Below, in pieces: positions 27,809 through 36,231 of a DNA stretch of 64,000 bases. Every line of letters starts with the position of its first letter. The first letter of the stretch is position 1. The translations under genes were made by a program, and so were the position numbers. The stretch lies in sequence record MZ444140.1; one strand, given 5' to 3'. Under the pieces are notes generated by a model, which saw only the letters and a list, made by a program, of their open reading frames with translations, was not told the origin of the DNA and searched no databases.

Positions 27809-28168
27809 TTATTTACCAATAGATACAATTACCTCTTTTAATTTACCATGGTCATTAATTGCCATTTGACAAGTGGGGCATGGGTATGCATCCAGTGGCC
27901 TACCATCAGCACCGACACGTGCAACATAGATCCTATATCCTTTTCCCTTGGAGAGGATGATAGAACGCAACTCACTATGCATCTCACAACGTAGATCGGA
28001 CAATCCTGCTTTTAGAGAATAACGTTTCTGAACAGGATGTGTTTTACCATACATATTTTGGCTTTCACTAATGATCCTACCACGTTTATCAGTAATGACT
28101 GAATAAACACGTTGACGATGTTTTACATAAGGGATCTCGCGACACTTTTCCAAAGCATAATCCAACAT
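27809..28168 (-). CDS. zinc-dependent cytidine/dCMP deaminase-fold protein; start reassigned to MLDYAL
   Basis: MHSE...YPCPTC (HxE/PCxxC); the longer ORF crosses promoter and terminator. Confidence 0.7.
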   Translation of the reverse strand: MLDYALEKCREIPYVKHRQRVYSVITDKRGRIISESQNMYGKTHPVQKRYSLKAGLSDLRCEMHSELRSIILSKGKGYRIYVARVGADGRPLDAYPCPTCQMAINDHGKLKEVIVSIGK

Positions 28169-28211
28169 AATTGATTTACCTATTTGAAATTTAGATAGTT
28201 TTATCACATTT

Positions 28212-28219
28212 GTAATATA
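28212..28219 (-). promoter_or_regulatory. early promoter TATATTAC
   Basis: Minus ...TTTAAAGCATTTTAAACAGTATATTACA directly after a terminator. Confidence 0.8.
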
Positions 28220-28258
28220 CTGTTTAAAATGCTTTAAATACAAAAAAATAAAATATAA

Positions 28259-28279
28259 GCCCTCCCGCAATGGGAGGGC
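28259..28279 (-). terminator. intrinsic terminator
   Basis: GCCCTCCC-GCAAT-GGGAGGGC. Confidence 0.8.
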
Positions 28280-28292
28280 AATATAATAACTA

Positions 28293-28727
28293 TTACAATT
28301 TATTCGCCATTTTACCTGGTACTATAACCCAGTGTAAATTACATTTAATGTGTTTATTTTTAAGAGACATTCCTGAGATACACACATCCTCTTTGGTTAT
28401 GCTAATTTTAAATAAAGCTTCCCATTTATTAGCTGTGATGATTTCATCAACAGTGTGATGGAATTTAAGTGTGTTATCTAATACTGAAATATAAAAGTCT
28501 TTATTGGGTTGACCTTTAGTTAAATCAATTATTAACCTATTATTTAATTTAGGTGAAAAAGTTGTTAATGTACCATCTTCATTATTTTCAGATATATAAG
28601 AGCAACCAGTAACAATGAAGACATTATCATTTACACTATTGGCATAAATTATTTTTGGGTGTTTAAAAATATTAATTAGATAAACAATAATTGCTGACAG
28701 GATTAGTGCAATTACTATATCAGCCAT
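28293..28727 (-). CDS. N-terminally anchored membrane protein
   Basis: IVIALILSAIIVYLINIF. Confidence 0.7.
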   Translation of the reverse strand: MADIVIALILSAIIVYLINIFKHPKIIYANSVNDNVFIVTGCSYISENNEDGTLTTFSPKLNNRLIIDLTKGQPNKDFYISVLDNTLKFHHTVDEIITANKWEALFKISITKEDVCISGMSLKNKHIKCNLHWVIVPGKMANKL

Positions 28728-28729
28728 TA

Positions 28730-29104
28730 TTAACCCCTATTAACAAAGATAAAATAATCTCGTAGTTCACCAGCTAAATCTAATGGTTGATAATTATCAC
28801 TACCATCATCATAAGGGATATAATCAGCACCTGCTTCTACAGCCGCTAAATATTCTTCCTCACCAACTGCTGGAATTAAATGAAACGCTGGGCAATCGTC
28901 ATTATTGCCATCTAGTATATCTAGCATGCCTGTAATGACACTATCTGCTACAGCCCTGTCCCGATCAGCTGGCTCTGTAAATTGATCAAGTTTAGAGTTA
29001 TTGATAGCATTATCACGCATATTGACAACACTACTAATAAATAGTTCTTTAACTTGTTCCTGTGTTACAGGTTTAACATTACCATCGCCTTCAAAATAGA
29101 TCAT
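28730..29104 (-). CDS. hypothetical protein, LDG...P.F.LIP paralogue family
   Basis: Shares motifs with 29149, 55136 and the 26658 relic. Confidence 0.75.
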   Translation of the reverse strand: MIYFEGDGNVKPVTQEQVKELFISSVVNMRDNAINNSKLDQFTEPADRDRAVADSVITGMLDILDGNNDDCPAFHLIPAVGEEEYLAAVEAGADYIPYDDGSDNYQPLDLAGELRDYFIFVNRG

Positions 29105-29148
29105 AATTACATACCTTGTTATCAGTAGCTTATAAATTTATTAGTTCA

Positions 29149-29835
29149 TTAACGCATTATTCGACTGATATCATCAGCTATTTGTGATTGTATCTTTTCC
29201 GCTTTTTCTTTAGCTTTTTCTACTAACATAGCAAGTTGCTCTTGCGTAAAATTACCCGAGTAATACTTAACAGGTTTCTCACCTGCTAAACTAAGGAAAT
29301 GGTTCAATAGTGCATGTGGTCCTTTGAAAGGTTCCGTAAATGTCTTAGAAACTTGATAACGTAGATTACCAGAAATATCAACTGCATCACACTTTGCACG
29401 GATATTATCTTTTAAATTTTCAACTGGGTTTACTGGCCAATAATTCTCACCAATACTTATTAGGTAGTCAATATCCTCTTGAGTAACATTAGGTATAAGT
29501 TTGAATCCGGGTATATTTGGATCATTGCCATCTAGGCCAGCTGCGATGCTATATATAAATCCATCAAGCATATCTCTGATAGATAGTGCCTTATCTGTAT
29601 TTTGAGTATCGGTATACTGTTTATGCCAGTAATTACGTGTGCTTTGAAGCCAATTTACAAAGAGAGAAGTTTGTTCCTCTTTTGTATATTCTCTCGGATC
29701 ATCTACTTTCTCCCATTCTTTTTGTTTATTTATCTTAGGAGTCTTAGTTTTCTTTACAGGTTGTTCAATCGGTGAATCTGAAACCTTTGTTTCAAATCCT
29801 ATACCAACTATAGTTTTATCGGTTGTATTGATCAT
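29149..29835 (-). CDS. hypothetical protein, same paralogue family
   Basis: AGLDGNDPNIPGFKLIP...VDISGNLR. Confidence 0.75.
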   Translation of the reverse strand: MINTTDKTIVGIGFETKVSDSPIEQPVKKTKTPKINKQKEWEKVDDPREYTKEEQTSLFVNWLQSTRNYWHKQYTDTQNTDKALSIRDMLDGFIYSIAAGLDGNDPNIPGFKLIPNVTQEDIDYLISIGENYWPVNPVENLKDNIRAKCDAVDISGNLRYQVSKTFTEPFKGPHALLNHFLSLAGEKPVKYYSGNFTQEQLAMLVEKAKEKAEKIQSQIADDISRIMR

Positions 29836-30062
29836 AGAACATGAAACCTTTGTATATAGTTTGGTTTTATGCGTTTAGTAAATTGCGCTGAATGCTCAAT
29901 GTAATAAATGCATTTATCATTAAGTGAATACACTGTATAATAGGTTTTAGCACATATATGTCGTATGCCAATAGTAACACATATTTCCCAACCGATCTTT
30001 GTAAATACATAACCTAACTGATTAGGCTCTATTTCTAAACATCTTTTGTCGAAGTTAACCAT
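29832..30062 (-). CDS. hypothetical protein
   Basis: Overlapping ORF in operon. Confidence 0.55.
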   Translation of the reverse strand: MVNFDKRCLEIEPNQLGYVFTKIGWEICVTIGIRHICAKTYYTVYSLNDKCIYYIEHSAQFTKRIKPNYIQRFHVL

Positions 30063-30502
30063 TGTGGCTTCCTCGGAATAGTTCGCAAGTACTGAACAAT
30101 AAGTCGCGCGAATTCATCCATATCGTCTTCAACTAGAATTAACTCATCCAATGTATACCAGCCATCATCAGTTGTTTCAATTAGATTAGAATCATCTTTG
30201 ATTTCTCTATCTAAGATGGCGTATAATCTAGTTGGTCCAAAATCAGGCTCTTCTATAACCCCAAGATGTATCAAAGAATTTCTATTATTAGTATCATCTG
30301 TGATAGTTGGCTGAACACTAATATTGGAAGTTTCCTCTGGGAAGTTATAACTATCTAAAATAGCAAAATCAGTTAATTGTCTAATAGCCTTTCTAGTGAA
30401 ATCATAAACCTTCACTATGGGATGAATCACATAGGTTAGTTTATCATTAACTAAACGTTGCCTTAAATTAATAAATGCGCAGTTATTCATCGACATACTC
30501 AT
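30035..30502 (-). CDS. hypothetical protein, possible degenerate Nudix-like fold
   Basis: C-terminal HLGVI...GWYTLDEL...MDEFA pattern; no Nudix box seen. Confidence 0.4.
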   Translation of the reverse strand: MSMSMNNCAFINLRQRLVNDKLTYVIHPIVKVYDFTRKAIRQLTDFAILDSYNFPEETSNISVQPTITDDTNNRNSLIHLGVIEEPDFGPTRLYAILDREIKDDSNLIETTDDGWYTLDELILVEDDMDEFARLIVQYLRTIPRKPQWLTSTKDV

Positions 30503-30857
30503 GTACCATTTTAATAGTTTTCAAAAATACTTCTTGATTATTACTATCATCTGCTTTTAGAATAACAGGATGACACATAAATTCATTTTCCAATGATACT
30601 CGATAATATTCATTAATTGTCTGAATGAAATCAAGCGGGGGATAAATAATAATATCCTTATCTGTTTCGGCGTAATTAACTACATTTGGTTCATGTTTAA
30701 ATTTGGATTTATTTAATTTATAAACAAAGTATTTTATATCATTTTTATCTACTTGTGATACAAATACAATTCGTTCATACATTGATAAATCAATATCTTT
30801 ACCAATATTGATAGACAGTGGCATACCAATAAATGAGCGTTTAATATTTTCATTCAT
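30483..30857 (-). CDS. hypothetical protein
   Basis: First gene after promoter 30897. Confidence 0.7.
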   Translation of the reverse strand: MNENIKRSFIGMPLSINIGKDIDLSMYERIVFVSQVDKNDIKYFVYKLNKSKFKHEPNVVNYAETDKDIIIYPPLDFIQTINEYYRVSLENEFMCHPVILKADDSNNQEVFLKTIKMVHEYVDE

Positions 30858-30896
30858 TTTTTAATTACCTATTTAATAGTTTAATGTTGTATTAGT

Positions 30897-30904
30897 GTAA
30901 TATA
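30897..30904 (-). promoter_or_regulatory. early promoter TATATTAC
   Basis: Minus CATTAAATTTTTTTTGAAATCTATATTACA, nearly identical to 45550. Confidence 0.8.
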
Positions 30905-30930
30905 GATTTCAAAAAAAATTTAATGTAAAA

Positions 30931-30952
30931 GCCCTCTCCTTTGGGAGAGGGT
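30931..30952 (-). terminator. intrinsic terminator
   Basis: GCCCTCTCC-TTTG-GGAGAGGGT. Confidence 0.8.
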
Positions 30953-30960
30953 TTATGACT

Positions 30961-31068
30961 TTATTTATATTTTTTCTTATGAGTGTGATAAATATAGCTA
31001 AATAGCATACCGATTGACATTGATACAGCTACCATACCCACATAGAAAAGTTCATTACTAAGTTGCAT
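30961..31068 (-). CDS. 35-aa single-pass membrane peptide; absent from ORF track
   Basis: [35 protein letters not shown]; SD GAGGA; flanked by hairpins. Confidence 0.65.
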   Translation of the reverse strand: MQLSNELFYVGMVAVSMSIGMLFSYIYHTHKKKYK

Positions 31069-31128
31069 TAGATTTCCTCAAATAGTTTAATTTATCCCAC
31101 CTAGTTTTAACCGTCCAGTCGGTTAAAA

Positions 31129-31148
31129 AGAGGACCCGAAGGTCCTCT
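31129..31148 (-). terminator. intrinsic terminator
   Basis: AGAGGACC-CGAA-GGTCCTCT, TTTT on minus. Confidence 0.8.
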
Positions 31149-31150
31149 AA

Positions 31151-31390
31151 TTATTTCTTATAACTCTCAGGGCATCCCATTTTGAGTTTGCCATCCTTTG
31201 GGTCTTCAGCGAATAATACTTCATCTGGACACTTCTTAACAGGAGTGTCCTTCGCCTTATCTTCCCATTCTACAACAGGCATTTCTAATTTCTTACGAAA
31301 TTGATACGTATCATAAAGAACATACGTAATCATTCCCATAAGAGAGATTACCCATACCCATGCAACAATTAGGATGATTCTAGTTATCAT
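31151..31390 (-). CDS. membrane-anchored protein with two-Cys C-terminal domain
   Basis: N-terminal TM; KKCP...MGCP. Confidence 0.65.
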   Translation of the reverse strand: MITRIILIVAWVWVISLMGMITYVLYDTYQFRKKLEMPVVEWEDKAKDTPVKKCPDEVLFAEDPKDGKLKMGCPESYKK

Positions 31391-31757
31391 ACAACTCCTC
31401 GCCGACTATATTGAAACACCCATTACTGAGTTTTTCAGTCAGCATCTCACCAAGATCACTTCCCTCGCTCTTTGCCAAAAGCTTAAGTGCGGGATCAGTG
31501 AGATTTTGGTATATTACATCGACATTATCCAATGCGATATTAATAGCGAGTGCCTTATCACTCTGGTTTTTATCTATGGCAATGGATAGTTCATCTTGCA
31601 GTATTGCATACATCTCCAATGGCTCACCGCCATTAGTGTAGAATTGAACCATATTCTTTGCCAAGCTGTGCAGCACGTAGCAAGATGACACGGTTACGGG
31701 TTGTGCATTAACCGACATTGCTACCATAGTGATAATGAGCGAGAAGACGTATTTCAT
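31380..31757 (-). CDS. exported two-Cys helical protein
   Basis: Signal peptide ...SVNA; SSC...NGC. Confidence 0.7.
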   Translation of the reverse strand: MKYVFSLIITMVAMSVNAQPVTVSSCYVLHSLAKNMVQFYTNGGEPLEMYAILQDELSIAIDKNQSDKALAINIALDNVDVIYQNLTDPALKLLAKSEGSDLGEMLTEKLSNGCFNIVGEELYDN

Positions 31758-31789
31758 CCTATTTTCCTTTTGAAAGTATTCGATATGAA

Positions 31790-32245
31790 TTAAATGAGTT
31801 CAACAATTACCATGTGAGTGAATTTCTCACCAATATGCTTCATGCAGTAATTGCCATAATACCCGCTGATAAAAGCTGCCAGATTAGGAGTAGTCACATT
31901 GTAACCTTGACTACGGATATAATCATGGATCTCTTTACTGTTAAGGTCATTATTGATTTTATTAAGACTATTGAATACGAATGTTAACGCAATCCAATTA
32001 TTGGTATCCAACTCATCTTTGAGTTTAGCAGAGTTGTTGAGCATAAGCACACCAACTTCATCTGCGCTATGACCTTCACTCATTCGAAATACAGCTTGTT
32101 TAGTAATGGTTTCAACCATTGCACACGACTGCACAGTGAGTTGAGCATCTTTTTTACCAATCTTGATTTCAGCCATTGCGGTATTGAACATGATACCGGT
32201 AATGGCAATGAGACCAGCGAAAGCTGCTGCAATTACATTTTTCAT
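31790..32245 (-). CDS. exported two-Cys helical protein
   Basis: Signal peptide ...TAMA; QSC...NYC. Confidence 0.7.
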   Translation of the reverse strand: MKNVIAAAFAGLIAITGIMFNTAMAEIKIGKKDAQLTVQSCAMVETITKQAVFRMSEGHSADEVGVLMLNNSAKLKDELDTNNWIALTFVFNSLNKINNDLNSKEIHDYIRSQGYNVTTPNLAAFISGYYGNYCMKHIGEKFTHMVIVELI

Positions 32246-32262
32246 TTTAAATCCTTCTTCAT

Positions 32263-32646
32263 TTATTTAATGGTAAGAATAGTAATTTTTTCAGGATTTA
32301 CTGGAACTTTAATTTTAGATTTATGTTGGAGAAACTCAACAACCACCATAGACTTATCCATTTTATACACTTCACATACTTTGACAAGCCTATCTACTAC
32401 GCAACCAATTTTACCGGCATTTTGAGAAAAGAAAGATTTTGCTTTTCTAATAGCCTCGCGTTTCTCAAGCATTTCCATATGCATATTTTCAATATGTTTA
32501 TCGCGTTGAACACGATTAAACTTACGCATATGTCGTTCGATCTTACTAATTTCAGAAGAGTGTAATGAATAAGCAGCAGCTTCTTTCAGTTTCTCATATA
32601 CTTCCACTGCCATTACCACGTGATCATCTTCAAAATTTCTTTTCAT
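32263..32646 (-). CDS. hypothetical basic protein, paralogue of 56548-57150
   Basis: VVMAVEVY..L...IERHMRK.N...IRKAKSFF. Confidence 0.7.
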   Translation of the reverse strand: MKRNFEDDHVVMAVEVYEKLKEAAAYSLHSSEISKIERHMRKFNRVQRDKHIENMHMEMLEKREAIRKAKSFFSQNAGKIGCVVDRLVKVCEVYKMDKSMVVVEFLQHKSKIKVPVNPEKITILTIK

Positions 32647-32659
32647 ATCTATGCCTTTT

Positions 32660-33454
32660 TTACTGTTTGATTAAATTTGACACTGCTTCTTGTTTACATT
32701 GAGTATTCATCCATAATGCAATGTCTTTGGGTTCTTGTCCAGTTTCCACCATATCGATAATGATACGGGTATTACGTTGTGCTTTCTCACGGGCATTTAA
32801 CATATCAGGATCATTAATAATGAATTCCCTACCCATAACTGGATCTAATCCAATATAAGCTTTAGATGCAATAGTTCTCACCATTGCTTCATATTGATCA
32901 CATCCACGTTCAGTTAATACAAGGTTATCTGCATTGGCACTACCGCCAAATAGCAAACCTAGGAATCCATAGAAAAAAGTGTGACGTATTGTCTTCCAAC
33001 AAATACGCATCTCTTCATTTTTTGTATAAAGCTTTTCCCAATCAAACATTAAATAGAAACTTTCTTTTTGGATAGAAGGGTGTAACCAAATAGGTTTAAT
33101 ACTTACTTCAAGAAGTTTACTATTTGGATTCTTACCGATAAAGATAACTTCAACAATGGCTCGTGCTAAAGCATCTTTTTCTTTACCATTCCATCCAAAT
33201 TTTATTTCATCAGCCGTAATGTAAAGACGTATTCCATCACCCACGTATTTGGGTAACCAAACAGCTTTACCTAGTTGCACTGGAACATCATTAGGGATTC
33301 CCCCAACCATCCAGGTGGCCTTGGTGAAATGAATAGCAACATCATCATTCAACCATTTTAGAATAGCTGGCCTTACCCAACTATCTACCAAATTACCACA
33401 TGTCAATGCAGCTAGCATAGCCATGAGCATAATGACAATATAGATACTAATCAT
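32660..33454 (-). CDS. membrane protein with C-terminal exported two-Cys domain (possible fusion or internal start at 33010)
   Basis: N-terminal TM; internal signal-like FFYGFLGLLFGGSANA followed by RGC...TQC. Confidence 0.6.
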   Translation of the reverse strand: MISIYIVIMLMAMLAALTCGNLVDSWVRPAILKWLNDDVAIHFTKATWMVGGIPNDVPVQLGKAVWLPKYVGDGIRLYITADEIKFGWNGKEKDALARAIVEVIFIGKNPNSKLLEVSIKPIWLHPSIQKESFYLMFDWEKLYTKNEEMRICWKTIRHTFFYGFLGLLFGGSANADNLVLTERGCDQYEAMVRTIASKAYIGLDPVMGREFIINDPDMLNAREKAQRNTRIIIDMVETGQEPKDIALWMNTQCKQEAVSNLIKQ

Positions 33455-33457
33455 AGT

Positions 33458-33817
33458 CTACTCCAAGTTAAATTTAGTACCAATTGCTTCAACACAATTT
33501 TCAGCTAACCTATCTAGGATAGCTCCATTGGTAAATCCTTTTCGTTTATTTACTCGAATATCAACTAAGTTTAACTTGGCATATACCGCACCTGCATAGA
33601 ACTCCAAGTCATCCATATCCTTACGAGAGATCATGTCTAACTGCATCATTATCTCAAATTGGGATAGGTTCTTATCATAAAGCTCAGTTGCTTTTTGTGA
33701 AAGATTTACTGCCACATTACATGATTTCTTAGTAATACCCACTTCTACAGCGTGGGCAGGCTGACATGCAATGGACAGGATTGGCAGGAAAAGGAATAAT
33801 AGCCAATTCTTAAGCAT
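33458..33817 (-). CDS. exported two-Cys helical protein
   Basis: Signal peptide ...PAHA; KSC...ENC. Confidence 0.7.
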   Translation of the reverse strand: MLKNWLLFLFLPILSIACQPAHAVEVGITKKSCNVAVNLSQKATELYDKNLSQFEIMMQLDMISRKDMDDLEFYAGAVYAKLNLVDIRVNKRKGFTNGAILDRLAENCVEAIGTKFNLE

Positions 33818-33829
33818 GTTGTACCTCCA

Positions 33830-34237
33830 TTATTTTAGAGTAAGTGGTTTTGCTTCAAACGCACCTGCCGCTACACAACGCTGGAAATAACCATCAATGA
33901 TGAATTTCTCAGGAGTGGTCTTATAGACTTTAGCAGCATTTGTTGCACGTGGCAAACTTGCCTCAATTGCCATTTTATCTACCTTAGACCATAGGTAAAA
34001 TAGACCAGTGAGTTCTTCAACTTTAGACTGGTTGGTCTTTAGATCTTTAGTGTTATTAAGGATATAATGAATCCTTTCATAAGTCTTCATTTGCACTTCA
34101 GTTACAGATGCACCTTTTACAAACAATTCATCTGCCTGTTTTACAAACTCGATGCATGAATCACGATTAGTGTACATGACAGCCGAGTTAGCAGTGATAG
34201 TTACAATAGACAACATAAATGCAATTACATATTTCAT
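33830..34237 (-). CDS. exported two-Cys helical protein
   Basis: Signal peptide ...TANS; DSC...QRC. Confidence 0.7.
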   Translation of the reverse strand: MKYVIAFMLSIVTITANSAVMYTNRDSCIEFVKQADELFVKGASVTEVQMKTYERIHYILNNTKDLKTNQSKVEELTGLFYLWSKVDKMAIEASLPRATNAAKVYKTTPEKFIIDGYFQRCVAAGAFEAKPLTLK

Positions 34238-34263
34238 AATGAATTACCTCAAAATTAATTTTA

Positions 34264-34527
34264 TTAACTATTGGTTTCACCACGAGTATTGAATTCTAAA
34301 TCCAATACAACTTTAGTAAATTCTTCCAGTGTACCACCCTTGTAGATGAGTGGGTCACTGTCACCCCGGTGCATGCTACCTACCGGTACTTGACCACGAA
34401 ACACCATCAGCATATCGTTTTTTACCACGACATGATGTTCATCCCCGACAGCAATGTCTTGGATGTGTCTCCAGCGTTCACGCAGTAAGCTGCAAGCGCA
34501 CCATACGGATTTCAAACGTTCAGTCAT
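34264..34527 (-). CDS. hypothetical protein
   Basis: First gene after promoter 34561; SD GAGG. Confidence 0.7.
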   Translation of the reverse strand: MTERLKSVWCACSLLRERWRHIQDIAVGDEHHVVVKNDMLMVFRGQVPVGSMHRGDSDPLIYKGGTLEEFTKVVLDLEFNTRGETNS

Positions 34528-34560
34528 TGTATTGCCCTCTTGGTTATTAAATTCATATTT

Positions 34561-34568
34561 GTAATATA
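34561..34568 (-). promoter_or_regulatory. early promoter TATATTAC
   Basis: Minus ...TTTAAACTATTTAAAAAGCTATATTACA after a terminator. Confidence 0.75.
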
Positions 34569-34607
34569 GCTTTTTAAATAGTTTAAATACAAAAAAAGAT
34601 AAATAAA

Positions 34608-34627
34608 ACCCTCCCCGAAGGGAGGGT
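34608..34627 (-). terminator. intrinsic terminator
   Basis: ACCCTCCC-CGAA-GGGAGGGT. Confidence 0.85.
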
Positions 34628-34645
34628 GTATATTAAGTAATTATT

Positions 34646-35302
34646 TTAACATACAATTTCATTATCAGAAAATAGTTTATTATATTCTTTTAGTGCATCC
34701 CCACCAACCATAGTACACCTGCCATAGAGAACAGATATAGCCAGATCTTTAATAGCGGGGTGACAATTATTTAACTTACTGATTAGTTGAGCTTTCTCAG
34801 TCAGATACAGTTCAGCAAAATCAGGCTTATCATTAACAATCGACCACATGTTTGAAATGGAATCTAGTAACTTAAGAGATTGACCACTCCATGAAATGCG
34901 AGAAAGTCTTTCATGTTGTAAACTAATCCTAGTTTTACGATTACCTTCGTAAGTTACATTTGTTAGTTCAGTTACTAAATTAACAACAGGGATTGAGAAT
35001 AGTTTAGTTAGATCAGAAGCAGTTACAGCAGTATCCTCAATTACATCATGTAACCATGCTGCTTTATAAGCAGCGTGAGATAGGTCGAATAATTGCGCCA
35101 TCTCAGCTACTTGTAATAAATGATGCCAGTAAGGTTTTCCTGAACCATCTCGCAATTGACCAACAGCAGTATGTGCCGCAATGGCATATGATGCAGCCAT
35201 TGCATTACCCGCATTGGAATATTTGCCATTACCTAGATGGTTAGTTAAGAGAATATTCTCTTTCCCTCCTTCTAGAATATCGATAATTTCATTCATTAGC
35301 AT
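34646..35302 (-). CDS. HD-domain hydrolase, Mesh1/SpoT (p)ppGpp-hydrolase-like
   Basis: AH..GQLRDGSGKPYWHH.L.VA...AAWLHDVIEDT...V.ELT...LKLLD.ISN. Confidence 0.8.
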   Translation of the reverse strand: MLMNEIIDILEGGKENILLTNHLGNGKYSNAGNAMAASYAIAAHTAVGQLRDGSGKPYWHHLLQVAEMAQLFDLSHAAYKAAWLHDVIEDTAVTASDLTKLFSIPVVNLVTELTNVTYEGNRKTRISLQHERLSRISWSGQSLKLLDSISNMWSIVNDKPDFAELYLTEKAQLISKLNNCHPAIKDLAISVLYGRCTMVGGDALKEYNKLFSDNEIVC

Positions 35303-35332
35303 AGCTATATTCCTATTTAAATTATTGGAAAC

Positions 35333-35767
35333 CTAATATAGGTCTTCACTAAATAAATATTTAGTTACTAATCTATTTTCTAATTCAGCTCGATATAACT
35401 GATTATTATTCTTAGCGATAATTACTGCTTCTTCCCTAGAGTGGAAGTTTTCATACTGATCAATAAAACCTTGTTCATGATCATCTCCTGCATATTCATG
35501 CAATACCTTAAGACCACCATACATTAGCTGTTGTTGAGTCATTATGATTGATGAATGCCTCGCTGCAATGAAATAAACATCCTTCCATCTATTGCAGGCG
35601 GCAACTATCCTTAATTTCACATCGGGATGTTGTTCCCACCACCATAGACCAGTTTCCTCATTCCAATACCTTTCTTTCATTTGAGTTTTTCTAAACTCAC
35701 CTTGTATGTCTAAAAGTCTAAATGCCTCTTCTTTAGACATAGCTTGTAGAATAGGATACTTATCCAT
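35333..35767 (-). CDS. conserved phage hypothetical protein (C-terminal LFSEDLY type)
   Basis: EQGF.DQ...F.SREEA..IA...LFSEDLY. Confidence 0.7.
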   Translation of the reverse strand: MDKYPILQAMSKEEAFRLLDIQGEFRKTQMKERYWNEETGLWWWEQHPDVKLRIVAACNRWKDVYFIAARHSSIIMTQQQLMYGGLKVLHEYAGDDHEQGFIDQYENFHSREEAVIIAKNNNQLYRAELENRLVTKYLFSEDLY

Positions 35768-35796
35768 TTAATACAGATACCTAATTGCGAAATAGA

Positions 35797-35816
35797 AAGA
35801 GCCCCGAAGGGCTCTT
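35797..35816 (-). terminator. intrinsic terminator
   Basis: AAGAGCCC-CGAA-GGGCTCTT. Confidence 0.8.
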
Positions 35817-35817
35817 A

Positions 35818-36174
35818 TTATACAAGTAGCTTTTCAATAGTGAAGCTTGTCCAGACCATTGCCCTATAACCAACACTCTCTTCAGTATAAGTGATATCAT
35901 CAAACTTATTAGGTGGCATGAAACCACGTTGTGTACTAGCATCAGTCACAACAAGATTAGAATCTTTTAAAGTTTCATTTAGAGCCTTAAGTTTATCCTT
36001 ACTAATTGATCCCTTAACATGGAACTTAAAATAAGCATAGCCTTTATGATTGATACGACAACTGTCAAGAACAGTTTGTTTATCATTCATTTGACTCATC
36101 AGATCACTAATAACTGCATCATCTACAGGAGTATCATCATTGACAATATTGATTAATTCAATATAAGTTGGCAT
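35818..36174 (-). CDS. hypothetical protein, 118 aa
   Basis: SD AAGGA. Confidence 0.75.
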   Translation of the reverse strand: MPTYIELINIVNDDTPVDDAVISDLMSQMNDKQTVLDSCRINHKGYAYFKFHVKGSISKDKLKALNETLKDSNLVVTDASTQRGFMPPNKFDDITYTEESVGYRAMVWTSFTIEKLLV

Positions 36175-36231
36175 TCTTTTTGTTTCCTTAATTAGATAAA
36201 CTACATAAGATAATTTTTAATTGATATTCTA

